This document shows, piece after piece, positions 11,402 to 21,797 of a stretch of 64,000 bases of DNA. Below the pieces are notes generated by a model, which was given only the letters and a program-made list of their open reading frames with translations, did not search any database and had not been told where the DNA came from. Numbering within the stretch: the stretch's first letter is position 1; each line of letters starts with the position of its first letter. This DNA comes from Candidatus Bathyarchaeota archaeon (GTDB lineage Archaea; Thermoproteota; Bathyarchaeia; Bathyarchaeales; Bathycorpusculaceae), in NCBI GenBank assembly GCA_963775685.1, contig CAVZJV010000014.1, positions 800,001 to 864,000 of the forward strand, given 5' to 3'. Made by a program: the position numbers and the translations under genes.

Positions 11402-11671
11402 ATGCACAAACTGCAGCCACACCTTATAAAAGTCGGGAAACTAGAGAGCCTTAGCACGGATCAAATGTGCAAGGTTAAAGAAACATTTCTCCGAAGCAAT
11501 CATCCAAGGTTCAAAAGAGAATTTGCCGTTAGCCGACACCAACCATTCGGAAAAACAACTGATTACCAGATCGCAATCCAGAAAGCAGATCCAACAAAAA
11601 TGACAAAACTCATCAAACTCGTCGGAATGCTTCTTCAAATGAAAATTTATTTGTTTTGGAGAAAGCCATAA
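11402..11671 (+). pseudogene. Second copy of the C-terminal part of the GNAT-like gene at 12751..13339
   Basis: KETFLRSNHPRFKREFAVSRHQPFGKT near-identical to 13091..13339. Confidence 0.8.
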
Positions 11672-11706
11672 CGGCGCAGAGAGCCATTTTGCTTTGTAGC
11701 TTCGCT

Positions 11707-11955
11707 TTATGTTTTTTCCGAATGCAGTTTACCAACATAAAACGAATCCTGTCTTTCCTCTACCCACAATGATATTTTTACGAATTTTCCGTTTTTCCTT
11801 CTTTTGAAAACGATTTGGAACCGATTGTCGTCTGAGTATTTGCATTCGCTTGTTGGGCAGTTTAGGGTTATGCCTATTATGACTTCCTCGGAGATGAATC
11901 GGTGTCTTTGTAGCCATCTGTAGGATGCGGGACTTATGAGCACTGGCTTGGTCAT
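11707..11955 (-). CDS. Small basic protein, possible RelE/BrnT-like toxin fold
   Basis: 82 aa, short helices then beta strands ending VGKLH; divergent from a wHTH gene; fold is inference. Confidence 0.5.
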   Translation of the reverse strand: MTKPVLISPASYRWLQRHRFISEEVIIGITLNCPTSECKYSDDNRFQIVFKRRKNGKFVKISLWVEERQDSFYVGKLHSEKT

Positions 11956-12085
11956 GAGGGTGTTTTATGGTTTTTGGTGTTAATTTGAAAATCGTTTGGA
12001 AGCTTCTAAACGCTTATTAGTATCTTACTTATCTTAATATCTACGGTGACATTCATGAATCAAGCTTTCAGGTGCTCCCGTAGTT

Positions 12086-12656
12086 ATGCACAAAAAGGGG
12101 CGGTTAACCGACTCTGCCGTCTTAAAGGAAATCATGAGGAAACCAGGAACAGCAATTGCTGAAATCGCCGAGAACCTTAAGTGGACAAACGGAAAGGTGA
12201 TGGAAGCGTTAACCGCTTAGTCGCTGAGGGCAAAGCTTCAGTGAAACATAATTTGAAAAGAGGAATACTGGTCAAAACAGTTTATCCTGCAGACTTTGAA
12301 CAAGAAACAGGATAATATGGTACAGATACCAACGGAACTGGTTAATTGTGATCATTGGAGGGAAAAAGCGTTTGTCTATGCTTTGTCTAGGTCAACCATT
12401 GGGATTGCCCCTCATGAAGTAGATGAATGGGGCGTAAAAGCATTTTCTGCGGAGTATGTCTCTGGTTAAGAAAAGCCCTGAAGGTGTTACCCTTAAACTT
12501 TCCGAGCGGCTTGCTGGATTCTATCAGCTGGATAATTCGGAAATCAGCTTGTCAGCCGTCGGAGACCTTGTCTTTGTTACAGTTGAAACTGTCTTGCCTG
12601 TAAAATTTACACCCCTATCTGAGGAAAAATCAAAGTATGCCTTAGCCCAGCACTAA
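12086..12656 (+). pseudogene. Frameshifted wHTH regulator with beta-rich C-terminal part (antitoxin-like)
   Basis: VLKEIMRKPGTAIAEIAENLKWTNGKV/GSVNRLVAEGK; continues through further shifts into ORF 12456..12656. Confidence 0.65.
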
Positions 12657-12750
12657 ATAGCTGAAAAACTTTTTTATTCCTGAAGGGTTGAGCATCTATG
12701 TTTTTGTTTCTGATATTCTTCAACAGGTCGTGGGCAGTTAATTTTGGGCA

Positions 12751-13339
12751 ACAAGTTACCCTCTGCCAGTCTACTCTGGAAGACGCCTTATGCTCCCAAA
12801 AATGACGATGCAAGAAATCAACCAGCAACTAAGCACCATCAACCGCATAGTCATCCACCCAAAATACTGAACATTAGGCTTAGGCGCCAAACTTATCCAA
12901 AAAACACTCCCTCAAGCCAACACACCCAACGTTGAGCTAATTGCCGTAATGGCAAAATATTCACCCTTCGCCGAAAAAGCTGGAATGCAAAAAATCGCTG
13001 AACAACAATCAACAGGACCTGTTTCCAAAGTCTCAAAAACCCTTTCGGAGTTGGAATTTGACTTACAGCTCTTAGGGCAGTGAACGCTATGTGCTACAGA
13101 AGCTTGATAGCTTAACTGCTGAACAAACGGGCAAACTTAAAGAAACGTTTATCAGGAGTAATCATCCCAGATTCAAAAGAGAATTTGCCGTTAGCCGACA
13201 TCAACCATTCGGAAAAACATCAGACTATATAAAAAACATTCACAAGGCTAATTTTGAAAAAATGGCAAAGCTAGTAAAGCTTGTTGGAATGCTTCTGCAG
13301 ACTAAGATCTACTTGTTTTGGACCAATCCTGATTTTTAA
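12751..13339 (+). pseudogene. GNAT-superfamily acetyltransferase (COG2401-like/Mom-like MGE type), disrupted
   Basis: SYPLP..GRR...INRIVIHPKY*TLGLGAKLI...ELIAVMAKYSPFAEKAGM = GNAT motif A and FxEKxG; nonsense TGA (probably from CGA) plus frameshift near 13078. Confidence 0.78.
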
Positions 13340-13424
13340 ACAAAAGACGTTTTGCATAACGATTATCTTAAATGCAAAGTGCAAACAATAGTTAACCCTA
13401 ATATACCGCACAGGAGTCGACGCT

Positions 13425-13590
13425 ACGCCTATCAAACCAGAAGAAGAAGTCAAACAGTACATCCACGAAGAACAAAAAAGAACAAACAACCCACAAGTTG
13501 GACTAGTTTCTGCGGAAAATGATCCTCAAAATCAGAAGAAAACTTACCAGTTCGATCCTCATTTAGATCCCCCAGCTTCTATGGGCTTGA
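13425..13590 (+). pseudogene. N-terminal stub of type III restriction-modification Mod methyltransferase
   Basis: YIHEEQKRTNNPQVGLV...DP...YQFDPHLDPQLLWA resembles the N-terminus of Mod-type methyltransferases as I recall it; rest deleted. Confidence 0.72.
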
Positions 13591-13715
13591 AAACTTCTAA
13601 CCCCTATATTTGCTGGGGCATAACCCGATGACGATGATGTGACTTTTGATAACTCAAACTTACTCACCTAAAAGAAAAATACTTAATTCTTAAGTTAAGA
13701 GTAATTTAGCTGGGA

Positions 13716-14342
13716 ATGATCTTTCACATGTCAAATCCTGATATTAAAATTGTAGATTTTGGTTGCCATAAAAAGGAAGCTGTATTCGATTCACCAATTC
13801 CTAGTAATAAAGATAATGAAATTCAGAATGAAAGCGAACAAATGAGATGCTTCATGGAACATGTTGCAAAACTAAATGATGACAGGTTGTTAGCTTTAAC
13901 TGCGAACTTACTAATAGAAAATGCGATTGATAACTTTCTTTCAGCAATAATGCCTAACTATGAAAACGAAATATTTGATGATCTTGATTTTACCATAGCT
14001 AAGAAAATAGCAATAGCTAAAGCATTGAACCTTGTTCCAAGAAAGTTTTTTGATAGTGCAAAATTGATTAATGAGATACGGAACAGATTTGCCCATGATG
14101 TAGCAAACAAGTCTTTTTCAGATTTGGACAAATCAAAAATAACAAGAATTGAAAAATTGCTGATGTTATTTAATATTGATGTAACAGCTAATTCTATGGA
14201 TGGAAAATTTAGAATATTGACCTTTTTTACAATTATTGGGTTAAATAGATATGTGTATAGTTTGAGTTTGCTTAACTCTTTTTTAAGGAGCGCAAATTTC
14301 AGTGAAGTTTTAGCACAGTTCAAAGAGAAGATTAAAAAGTAA
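13716..14342 (+). CDS. HEPN-domain protein (MtlR/DUF4145-like)
   Basis: DDR...IENAI, KKIAIA.ALNL, IRNRFAH (RxxxxH); AT-rich. Confidence 0.72.
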   Translation: MIFHMSNPDIKIVDFGCHKKEAVFDSPIPSNKDNEIQNESEQMRCFMEHVAKLNDDRLLALTANLLIENAIDNFLSAIMPNYENEIFDDLDFTIAKKIAIAKALNLVPRKFFDSAKLINEIRNRFAHDVANKSFSDLDKSKITRIEKLLMLFNIDVTANSMDGKFRILTFFTIIGLNRYVYSLSLLNSFLRSANFSEVLAQFKEKIKK

Positions 14343-14417
14343 CAGATATCACAATTGACAAAGAAGCATCAGAACCAAAAATAGTCCCTTTTAGTATTCT
14401 GATAAAGGGAATAACCG

Positions 14418-14783
14418 ATGAGCAAACGCAAAGATGAGTTTGAGAACTTAATTGAAAGGATTGAAGATTTATCAAGCAAATTATCGGTTCTTTCCAGCGG
14501 TATTGAGGAACTAAAAAAAGTTAATTCTAAGACTGAATCAAAATTTAAAGAAACCAATAGACAACTGTTTTGGGCTGGTGCAATGTTGGGAATTGTTGGA
14601 GGAATATTAGGCGGTCTGTATAATTCTTATTTGATGAAACTTTATGATTTTCAAAATGTTCCCTATTATGCATGGGTGCTTTCAACAATATTTGTAGCTT
14701 CGCTTGTTGGAATTTTTTTATTTCTAATGTGGAAATTAGCTTTCAACAAAACTCTAAACAAGTCTAACCGAGACAACAAGTAG
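14418..14783 (+). CDS. Coiled-coil + 2TM protein
   Basis: N-terminal heptads, GAMLGIVGGILGGL TM and second TM; AT-rich. Confidence 0.7.
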   Translation: MSKRKDEFENLIERIEDLSSKLSVLSSGIEELKKVNSKTESKFKETNRQLFWAGAMLGIVGGILGGLYNSYLMKLYDFQNVPYYAWVLSTIFVASLVGIFLFLMWKLAFNKTLNKSNRDNK

Positions 14784-15309
14784 AATTATTAAACTTCTTT
14801 TTCCTTGAAATAACCTCCCATCTACCTTAGAATTGATCCTGCTGTTTTCTTCAAAGACTAGTGGAGTTAGGCTTTAAGGATGAGCATGCAAAAGAAATTG
14901 TGGGTTGGCTGCAGGTTATTTCGGATACGAAAATCGGTGGTCAATCGGGGCGTTCGTTTCTTGCTGGAAAGCGACTAGGGTGATAAAGGGATGTTTGGCA
15001 TAATTGGCAGTCGGGTTTTGGATGAACCGAACTATTACTATTTGGTTCAGCATACCGTAGGCATATATTTTAATGTTGGAAGCAAGGGTTTCATTGCAAA
15101 TTACAAAAAATACGTGGATTTTTGCGTCAAAAAAACCCGTCACGGTTCAAATTGGATAGAGACTTACGAAAAGACCAGTTTTTTTAAGGCGTTCATAGTC
15201 AGCTATCTTTGTTATCCATCTTAGCTCGATTTTTCGGAGCAAAAAGATTACTTTTACTCACCTCTCCACTGCGCAAGAAGGTTGTTGAACAATTTAACTT
15301 ATAAGGAAT

Positions 15310-15425
15310 TTGAGCTGATGTTTTTGCCCCCGAGGAATTTCCTATGAAACAGAACTCAGATTGTTTGGAAGTATAGCTGGTTATGGGTAAGACTGCTGAA
15401 TCTTTTTCGGAATAGCTTTGAAGGG
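15310..15425 (+). repeat. ~115-bp repeat copy 1 (gene end + MGKT.. stub)
   Basis: agctgat..gccccc.agg..atgaaa..tcagatt.tttgga..tagc.ggttatgggtaagac aligns without gaps to 18273..18388 up to the ATG. Confidence 0.85.
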
Positions 15426-15775
15426 AGTAATCAACACATGAAGGCTTGTACACTGCGCAGATGTTAGAAATAATAGGCAACAAAAGGTTAACAAATTAAC
15501 TATAATATTTATTTCGAAATTTTAAAAAATCAGAAATTGTTTTCCATTTAGTGTCAACTATCATAGGTATTAGTGAGTTTGTTACTCCTGCTGGCTATCT
15601 TACGTGTAACTTTATTATTTCTTTTAGTTTGTCGAGAGTTAGTGCTTTGATTTTGAATATAAGTCATATACGCCGTATAGGCATGTGCTTCTTCAACGCC
15701 CAATATTCGACAACAAAGCGTCGCTTCAGATGATAAATTTATTAGCTCTCAGTTACTAACAAAAGAGTAAGGTGA

Positions 15776-16225
15776 TTGTTTTTGGGAGTTAAAGAAAACC
15801 TAGAGTTAATGAAAACTCTTGATGACGCCTGGAACGCAGGACCCAACAGCCCATTATGGGAGACTTTTAAGAAACGCCACCGAGAAGACGTCAAAGTGTA
15901 CTGGCCAGCCCAACCTCTTCCCACTGTTGGACGCCACAACCACGACGTCGAAGCCACGGAATTCTTCAAAACATTCGACAACAAACTAGCCAACAACCCA
16001 TACAAGATCATATTCGGCGACGGAGATCACACATGCACCGTTGCCGATTGGACCGTAACGATGAAGGGACCCATGAAAGGCGCAGACGGAAAAATGATTC
16101 CGCCAACTGGAAAAACAGCGAAGCTCGAATTCTGCACAGTTGCCACATGGAAAGACAGCGAAATCGTTGAAGAACGATTATTCTACGATGTTGTCGGTTT
16201 CATGAAGCAACTTGGCCTTATGTGA
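15776..16225 (+). CDS. SnoaL-like ester cyclase (NTF2 fold)
   Basis: GDGDHTC, MKGPM..IPPTGK, WKDSEIVEE..YD..FMKQLGL. Confidence 0.85.
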   Translation: MFLGVKENLELMKTLDDAWNAGPNSPLWETFKKRHREDVKVYWPAQPLPTVGRHNHDVEATEFFKTFDNKLANNPYKIIFGDGDHTCTVADWTVTMKGPMKGADGKMIPPTGKTAKLEFCTVATWKDSEIVEERLFYDVVGFMKQLGLM

Positions 16226-16299
16226 GGACCAAATCTTTTTTTAGTATTTTTGAGAATCGTTATTTACTGCTTTCAGTTATGTATTTATAGAAGTGGTTT

Positions 16300-17158
16300 T
16301 TGTTGGAAAGAAAAGTCGAAAAGATTTTGGAACGAAGACTAACTCTTGAAGGCGCAGGAGTGAAACTAAGACGTGTTCTAGGCAATGATGATGACTCCAC
16401 GCTTGATCCGTTTCTGCTCTTAGACCATTTTGGATCAGATAACCCTAAAGACTACATCAAAGGGTTTTCCTTGGCATCCACATAGAGGAATGGAAACAGT
16501 CACTTACATGTGGACAGGCGAGGTTGAACATGGCGACAGCATGGGCAACAAAGGCGTAATCAAATCTGGAGATGTGCAGTGGATGACTGCCGGGTCAGGC
16601 ATTATCCATCAAGAAATGCCCCAAAAATACGACGGAATAATGCAGGGATTTCAGCTCTGGGTAAATCTGCCAGCTAAAAAGAAGATGACTGACCCAAAAT
16701 ATCGAGGGATAACAAAAGACCAAATACCCACGATCGAGAAAGACGGTCAAACAATTAAAGTCATAGCGGGTAAAATAGAGGGAATTGAAGGACCAGTTCG
16801 AGACCTATCCACTGAAACAGAATATTTTGACATTGAATTAGCTGTTGGAAAAGAATTTCAGCACTTAACACACAAAAATCTTACCGTTTTTAGTTACATC
16901 ATAAACGGATCAGTCGAAGTTCATGATCAGAAAATTAAAAGCGGACAATGCGCGGTTTTCAGTCGAGGCGATTCAGTTAAAATTTCAAGCCTAAACGGTG
17001 CTCGATTTCTTTTTGTCGCAGGTGAACCATTAAACGAGCCAGTTGCTTGGAGAGGACCAATTGTGATGAACACCGAAGAAGAATTGGACAAAGCGTTCGA
17101 AGAACTCGACGAGGGAACATTCATCAAGAGCCACATTCCCCTTCGCGCACTAGCTTAA
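16300..17158 (+). pseudogene. Pirin family protein, frameshifted in a T-run near 16465
   Basis: EGAGVKL, DPFLLLDH, GFPWHPHRGMETVTY, QWMTAGSGIIHQE, QLWVNLP. Confidence 0.9.
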
Positions 17159-17212
17159 CTATAACGAAAAGACTTTTTTACTAATTCATCGAATATCGAA
17201 TTTGGTGCAAAT

Positions 17213-18067
17213 ATGTCAAAATTCCAAGTATACAAGGATGCGGCATCCAAATTTCGTTTTCGCCTACGAGCAGACAACAACAAAATCATAGTGATAGGAG
17301 AGGCATACGAACAATACAAAAGTTGCATAAACGGAATTAGAAGCATTCAAAAAAATGCCAAAGCGTCAATTGAAGACATCACAGTTGAAGGACAACGAGT
17401 TTCTAACCCAAAATTCCAAATCTACAAAGACAACGCAGGAAAATTTAGGTTTCATCTATTTGCAAGAAACGGAAAAATCATAGCTGATAGCAGCGAAGGA
17501 TACGAAACAAAAGAAGCTTGCCTCAACGGTATTGATGTAGTGGGGCAAAGTAGCACAGCTGAAATCAAGGATCTAACTGACTCTGAAGGATCAAAGGTAA
17601 CAAAAACAGAAGATGTTGCACCAACGATGTCTGCAGAAATGAAGACACCCCAAAGTATTGAGATGTCTAAACCTGAAGTGATCAAAAGGGATAGAGAAGA
17701 TGAAATATTAGCTGAGTTAAAGAAGATTAGTTCAGCTTTAGAAAAAGCTCCACCGCCAACTCCGCCGAAAGGTTTTGTGAACGAGTTTAAGGATTTTCTA
17801 TCGAAGTACAAAATCTTTGGTTTGGCGGTTGCTTTTATCTTGGCTTTGTATGCTGGCATTTTAGTTCAGGCGCTTGTTAAGGACTTCATTATTCCGCTCC
17901 TGGGCTTAGTTATTCCGGGTATGTCTGATTTAGCTACGTATTCCGCTACTGTGCTTAGTCAAGTGTTTGGTATAGGTGACTTTCTGATAGCGTTGATTAC
18001 ATTCATTGTAGTTGCTTTAGTGGTATTCGTTGTTGTGAAAGTAGCTAAGAAATGGCGCATAGAATAA
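17213..18067 (+). CDS. mscL: Fusion of tandem DUF1508 (YegP) domains and an MscL large-conductance mechanosensitive channel
   Basis: Two KFQ.YKD..KFRF.L.A.N.KII...E.YE....C.NGI repeats; C-terminal EFKDFL...LAVAFIL...LV.D.I.P...GDFL.ALI.F. Confidence 0.85.
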   Translation: MSKFQVYKDAASKFRFRLRADNNKIIVIGEAYEQYKSCINGIRSIQKNAKASIEDITVEGQRVSNPKFQIYKDNAGKFRFHLFARNGKIIADSSEGYETKEACLNGIDVVGQSSTAEIKDLTDSEGSKVTKTEDVAPTMSAEMKTPQSIEMSKPEVIKRDREDEILAELKKISSALEKAPPPTPPKGFVNEFKDFLSKYKIFGLAVAFILALYAGILVQALVKDFIIPLLGLVIPGMSDLATYSATVLSQVFGIGDFLIALITFIVVALVVFVVVKVAKKWRIE

Positions 18068-18272
18068 ACTCCCTTCTTTCTTTTTTTATTCAACTAAATT
18101 AATTCTATTTGAAAAAACGTAGGCACAATGCGAGAAAGATAACGTCCACAAAGCCCGTTGTAGTCAAGTGTAATTTTGATTTTTCCCATTTCATACTTTG
18201 AGCCGAAGGTTCACTTTCAATTTGCTCTCCAATGACGGCAAACGTCGTTTGTCCATTTGCCTTAAATACATT

Positions 18273-18423
18273 TTAAGCTGATTCTTAAGCCCCCAAGGGA
18301 TGCACAATGAAAGTGTAATCAGATTATTTGGAGGCTTAGCAGGTTATGGGTAAGACCATTCCATCTTATCGGATGGCTTTGGAATTTGAAATTGGAGGTT
18401 CAACTCTCAAGCCAACAATTTAA
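18273..18423 (+). repeat. ~115-bp repeat copy 2 with stub MGKTIPSYRMALEFEI
   Basis: Matches 15310..15425; ATG at 18346. Confidence 0.85.
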
Positions 18424-18448
18424 TAATGCGTTTACGAGGAACATCTCT

Positions 18449-18856
18449 ATGTCATTAGAAGAAAATAAGGCAATTGTTCGCAGATTGGCTAAAGCCATTA
18501 ACGAGAACGACTTAGCCTTGTTTGATGATTTAATAGCATCCGACTTTGTTGACCGTGACCTTCATGTGAAAAGTTTGGAAGGCTTCAAGAAATATGAGAC
18601 TATATGGGCCAAAGGTTTTCCTGATATGCATCTGACTATTGAAGACATAATTGCTGAAGGGGATAAGGTGTGGATTAGACTTAAAGGTACGGCGACGCAC
18701 ACTGGCGAATTTCGCGGATTAGCCCCTACGGGTAAGAAGGTTACATTTAAGAGTTTTATGATTTGGCGTATCGTTGATGGCAAGATTGCGGAACGAGAGG
18801 CACAGGTATGGGATTTTATGGAGTCCTTCAGACAGATAGGTGTTATTGAATACTAA
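18449..18856 (+). CDS. SnoaL-like ester cyclase
   Basis: MSLEENKAIVRR, FPD...IEDIIAEGDKV, THTGEFRGLAPTGKKV; start moved to ATG 18449. Confidence 0.9.
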   Translation: MSLEENKAIVRRLAKAINENDLALFDDLIASDFVDRDLHVKSLEGFKKYETIWAKGFPDMHLTIEDIIAEGDKVWIRLKGTATHTGEFRGLAPTGKKVTFKSFMIWRIVDGKIAEREAQVWDFMESFRQIGVIEY

Positions 18857-19172
18857 GGGTTTCCTAACGAAGCCATATAACTCAACAACCATGAGTGTTC
18901 CGCTTCAACGCAAGTCTCCAATAGAATACTTCATATCGGAAGAAAACTTGATTAATGGACTAAGGCAGGACTAACGAGTTGCTTGATATAAATAAGGTAA
19001 AAATGACCGGGTGAGATTTGAGTTCATTTGAGTTCAGACCCCAAGATCCAAAAACTGGAGGTGGATCTTCAATTTCTCGGCCCAGGTTAAAAATCCGAAT
19101 CCCGATAACCTACTTCTGAGGAAATTATTTAAAGACTAAAAAAGGGGAAAGATGGTTTTTTGTATGGCATTC

Positions 19173-21776
19173 TTATGGTCGTTTTCTGAGCATTAACAAT
19201 GCTAGCACTAAGCCGACTATGATGATGACAACGATTATGGCTACAACTGATGGAACAAAGTATTGGTCAGCCATCGATGGTGCTTCAGTAGCAACTGGCG
19301 CCGCGGTTGGCGCTAGATTTGCAGCGTTAAAGTGTGCCTCAGCAGATGACGGATAATATGATTCTGAACCTGCGAAGTTAGCAATCACAGTAAAGTCGCC
19401 AGAGATATCAGGAGTCCAAGTTAATGCAAATGTACCACTTACGTCGCTGGTTGTGCTTCCTATTTGTCTAAAGTTTCCATTTGAATCAATAACGTTTATG
19501 GTCACTGGAACACCGGTAACGTTTGTTGGCATTGGTTGCTGCTGATATACTGTTTCCATGAATTGACTCATGCTTGCATCAGATACACATGGTAAACCAT
19601 TGGGGAAGTTAGCTGCTACTGCATTTTGGTTTGTGCCGGCGGAAATGTCGGTTATTGTACCGCTGATGGTTATGGCTGTTGAAGTTGTCACACCAACGTT
19701 GGGGGCAGTGACCGTTAATTTGCTTGGTCCTTTACCATAGGAGTATATTTGATTGTCATAGCCGTTAAACCAAACCATATAGCCGTCAGCAACAGCGGGT
19801 GAGCTGCCAATGTCAAAGCTTAAGCTATCCCAGATTAAGTCGCCAGTTGTAGCATTTAGGCAGTAGAGTTTTGCACCTTTAAACACCGGTGGCGTATAGT
19901 CGTGTCCAGCTCTTACGTAAATTTTATCGTCTGCAATAATGTAGTGTGACCACCAAGTACCTAATGGCCAGGTGCCATATGGCGTGTCAATTCCAGCATT
20001 ACCTGATGTCCAATACCACTTAAGGGTCCCAGTTGTAGCATCATAACAATATACTGCGCCGCCTAGTCCCCAAGTGTAGAAGTTGCCATTGCCAAATGCG
20101 CCGTTGCCGCTGAAATCATAGTAACCCCATGAACTGTTTTCTGGTGGAGTTGTCCATAGTTTCTCGCCTGTCGTTATGTCATAACCAGTCCAGGTCATAG
20201 TCTGTTGAGAGTATTCAGCGTATTTGCCATCACCTGCCTGTATGACAACAGTGGTAAATGGTGTTAGTGTTCTGTTTACTGGTCCCCATAGCAGTTGTCC
20301 TGTGCTTGCACTGTAGCCAGCGTCAATCTCATACCCCAATTGAGCGCCTCCAGGTGGTCCTGTGAATATTCCTCCCGGGATTGCGGTTGTCAGCACTACA
20401 TCATCTGTAACTTTAGAAACAGCTAGTCCAGGAATTATTGGAACACCACTAATATTGGTGGCTAATGGAATACTCCATTGGTATCCAACATTCCAATCGA
20501 TTGTTGCTCCTTGGGGCGGTCGCCAGATTTCAGCAGAGCTATAGGTCAAATAATACAGGTTTTTCTGAGAGCCAGCTGCAATGCATTTGGTTGAGTTCCA
20601 CATATTCAACATACCGTTCGCTACAGTGTAACTTAGTATTTCGCCGTTTGGACCCTCAACAAGCGTTCCAGAGCTTACGTTGGCTATATTGAGTATCCAA
20701 GCGCCAGTCATAGCATCGTACATTTCCCAGTTACTTCCAGCTGGATAAGGAATGAATCCAATCGTCGCAGGTGCACAGAACAAGTAGGCATGGCCTCCAT
20801 ATTGATCTCCCGTTACGAAATTAAGTATCATTCCGCATTTTAGTGGAGTGGTAATATTTCTCTCCCAAACAGTTTCGCCAGTTCGCATATTCACAGCTTT
20901 CAAACCTGTCGGATTATTGCCAGCGCCCGGATATTCAGTGTAGTAGAGGATTCCGTTGAGAATAACTGCGCCAAACTTGGTTTCATAAGCGGTTCCCGTA
21001 GCGTAAAGACCAGTTTCTGAACTGCCAAATTCCCCTCCAACTTGACCTCCGAAAGCTTCTGGCAGAGTCCACATAACGTGTGCACTATTTGGAGCTGTTG
21101 TGTATGGATCATAATTGCCGTTGTTTGCATAAAGTCCCGTTGCGCCAAAGTTAGTTGCTCCAAGTCCAAGCCAATTACCACTGATTGAAGCCCATTCTCT
21201 ATTCATTGAGCTTATTGGACGTGTCCAGTAATTGGTTGGAAGCGGATTAGGTGTATATGTCAGGCTTATTGGATCTTGCTGAACTGTAAGCGTTGCGCTT
21301 GCACTGCTAGCCAGATAAGTATCATTTAAGTAATCAAGCCCAAGAGGAACAAAGCCAGCACCGAAAGGATAGGGATTTTCATTTAGAGCTACTTGCCCTA
21401 GATATTCAACGTAAAATTTGTATGTTCCAGCGACAGTAGGTGTATATCGTGTTGAAGCTCCGCCGTTAACATCTGAGTTGAAGCTTCCCAGCGTTTCATT
21501 TGTTCCGTCAGGCTTTGTTACGGTGACTTTCATGTTGTGCCATCTTGAGCCCCATTGGCCTTCGGCTCCAATTGGAACTTTATCAAGCCAGAATGCGACA
21601 GTTGTCTGTTGTCCAACTCCTATTGGGTTTGGTGCAACAACCATAAAGGCATAGGTTGGAACTTGCCATGGAGGCGTGTGTGCACTAGTGGTTGGAAGAA
21701 GCATTATTGAAGTGGGTAAAGAGAGCATAAAAAGCATTGTAATGCCAATTGCAAAGAATTTGTTTAATTTTTTCAT
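19173..21776 (-). CDS. Large secreted PQQ-like beta-propeller surface protein with C-terminal TM anchor
   Basis: Signal peptide; repeated YCYDATTG..W / YCLNATTG..W blades; Ig-like C-term, TM + RKR tail. Confidence 0.88.
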   Translation of the reverse strand: MKKLNKFFAIGITMLFMLSLPTSIMLLPTTSAHTPPWQVPTYAFMVVAPNPIGVGQQTTVAFWLDKVPIGAEGQWGSRWHNMKVTVTKPDGTNETLGSFNSDVNGGASTRYTPTVAGTYKFYVEYLGQVALNENPYPFGAGFVPLGLDYLNDTYLASSASATLTVQQDPISLTYTPNPLPTNYWTRPISSMNREWASISGNWLGLGATNFGATGLYANNGNYDPYTTAPNSAHVMWTLPEAFGGQVGGEFGSSETGLYATGTAYETKFGAVILNGILYYTEYPGAGNNPTGLKAVNMRTGETVWERNITTPLKCGMILNFVTGDQYGGHAYLFCAPATIGFIPYPAGSNWEMYDAMTGAWILNIANVSSGTLVEGPNGEILSYTVANGMLNMWNSTKCIAAGSQKNLYYLTYSSAEIWRPPQGATIDWNVGYQWSIPLATNISGVPIIPGLAVSKVTDDVVLTTAIPGGIFTGPPGGAQLGYEIDAGYSASTGQLLWGPVNRTLTPFTTVVIQAGDGKYAEYSQQTMTWTGYDITTGEKLWTTPPENSSWGYYDFSGNGAFGNGNFYTWGLGGAVYCYDATTGTLKWYWTSGNAGIDTPYGTWPLGTWWSHYIIADDKIYVRAGHDYTPPVFKGAKLYCLNATTGDLIWDSLSFDIGSSPAVADGYMVWFNGYDNQIYSYGKGPSKLTVTAPNVGVTTSTAITISGTITDISAGTNQNAVAANFPNGLPCVSDASMSQFMETVYQQQPMPTNVTGVPVTINVIDSNGNFRQIGSTTSDVSGTFALTWTPDISGDFTVIANFAGSESYYPSSAEAHFNAANLAPTAAPVATEAPSMADQYFVPSVVAIIVVIIIVGLVLALLMLRKRP

Positions 21777-21797
21777 TTTTATTCTCCTAAGAATTTA

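Noticed and set aside
12868-12870. In-frame TGA as possible selenocysteine/readthrough
   Set aside because: Falls at the Arg position of GNAT motif A (likely CGA to TGA) in a gene with another frameshift
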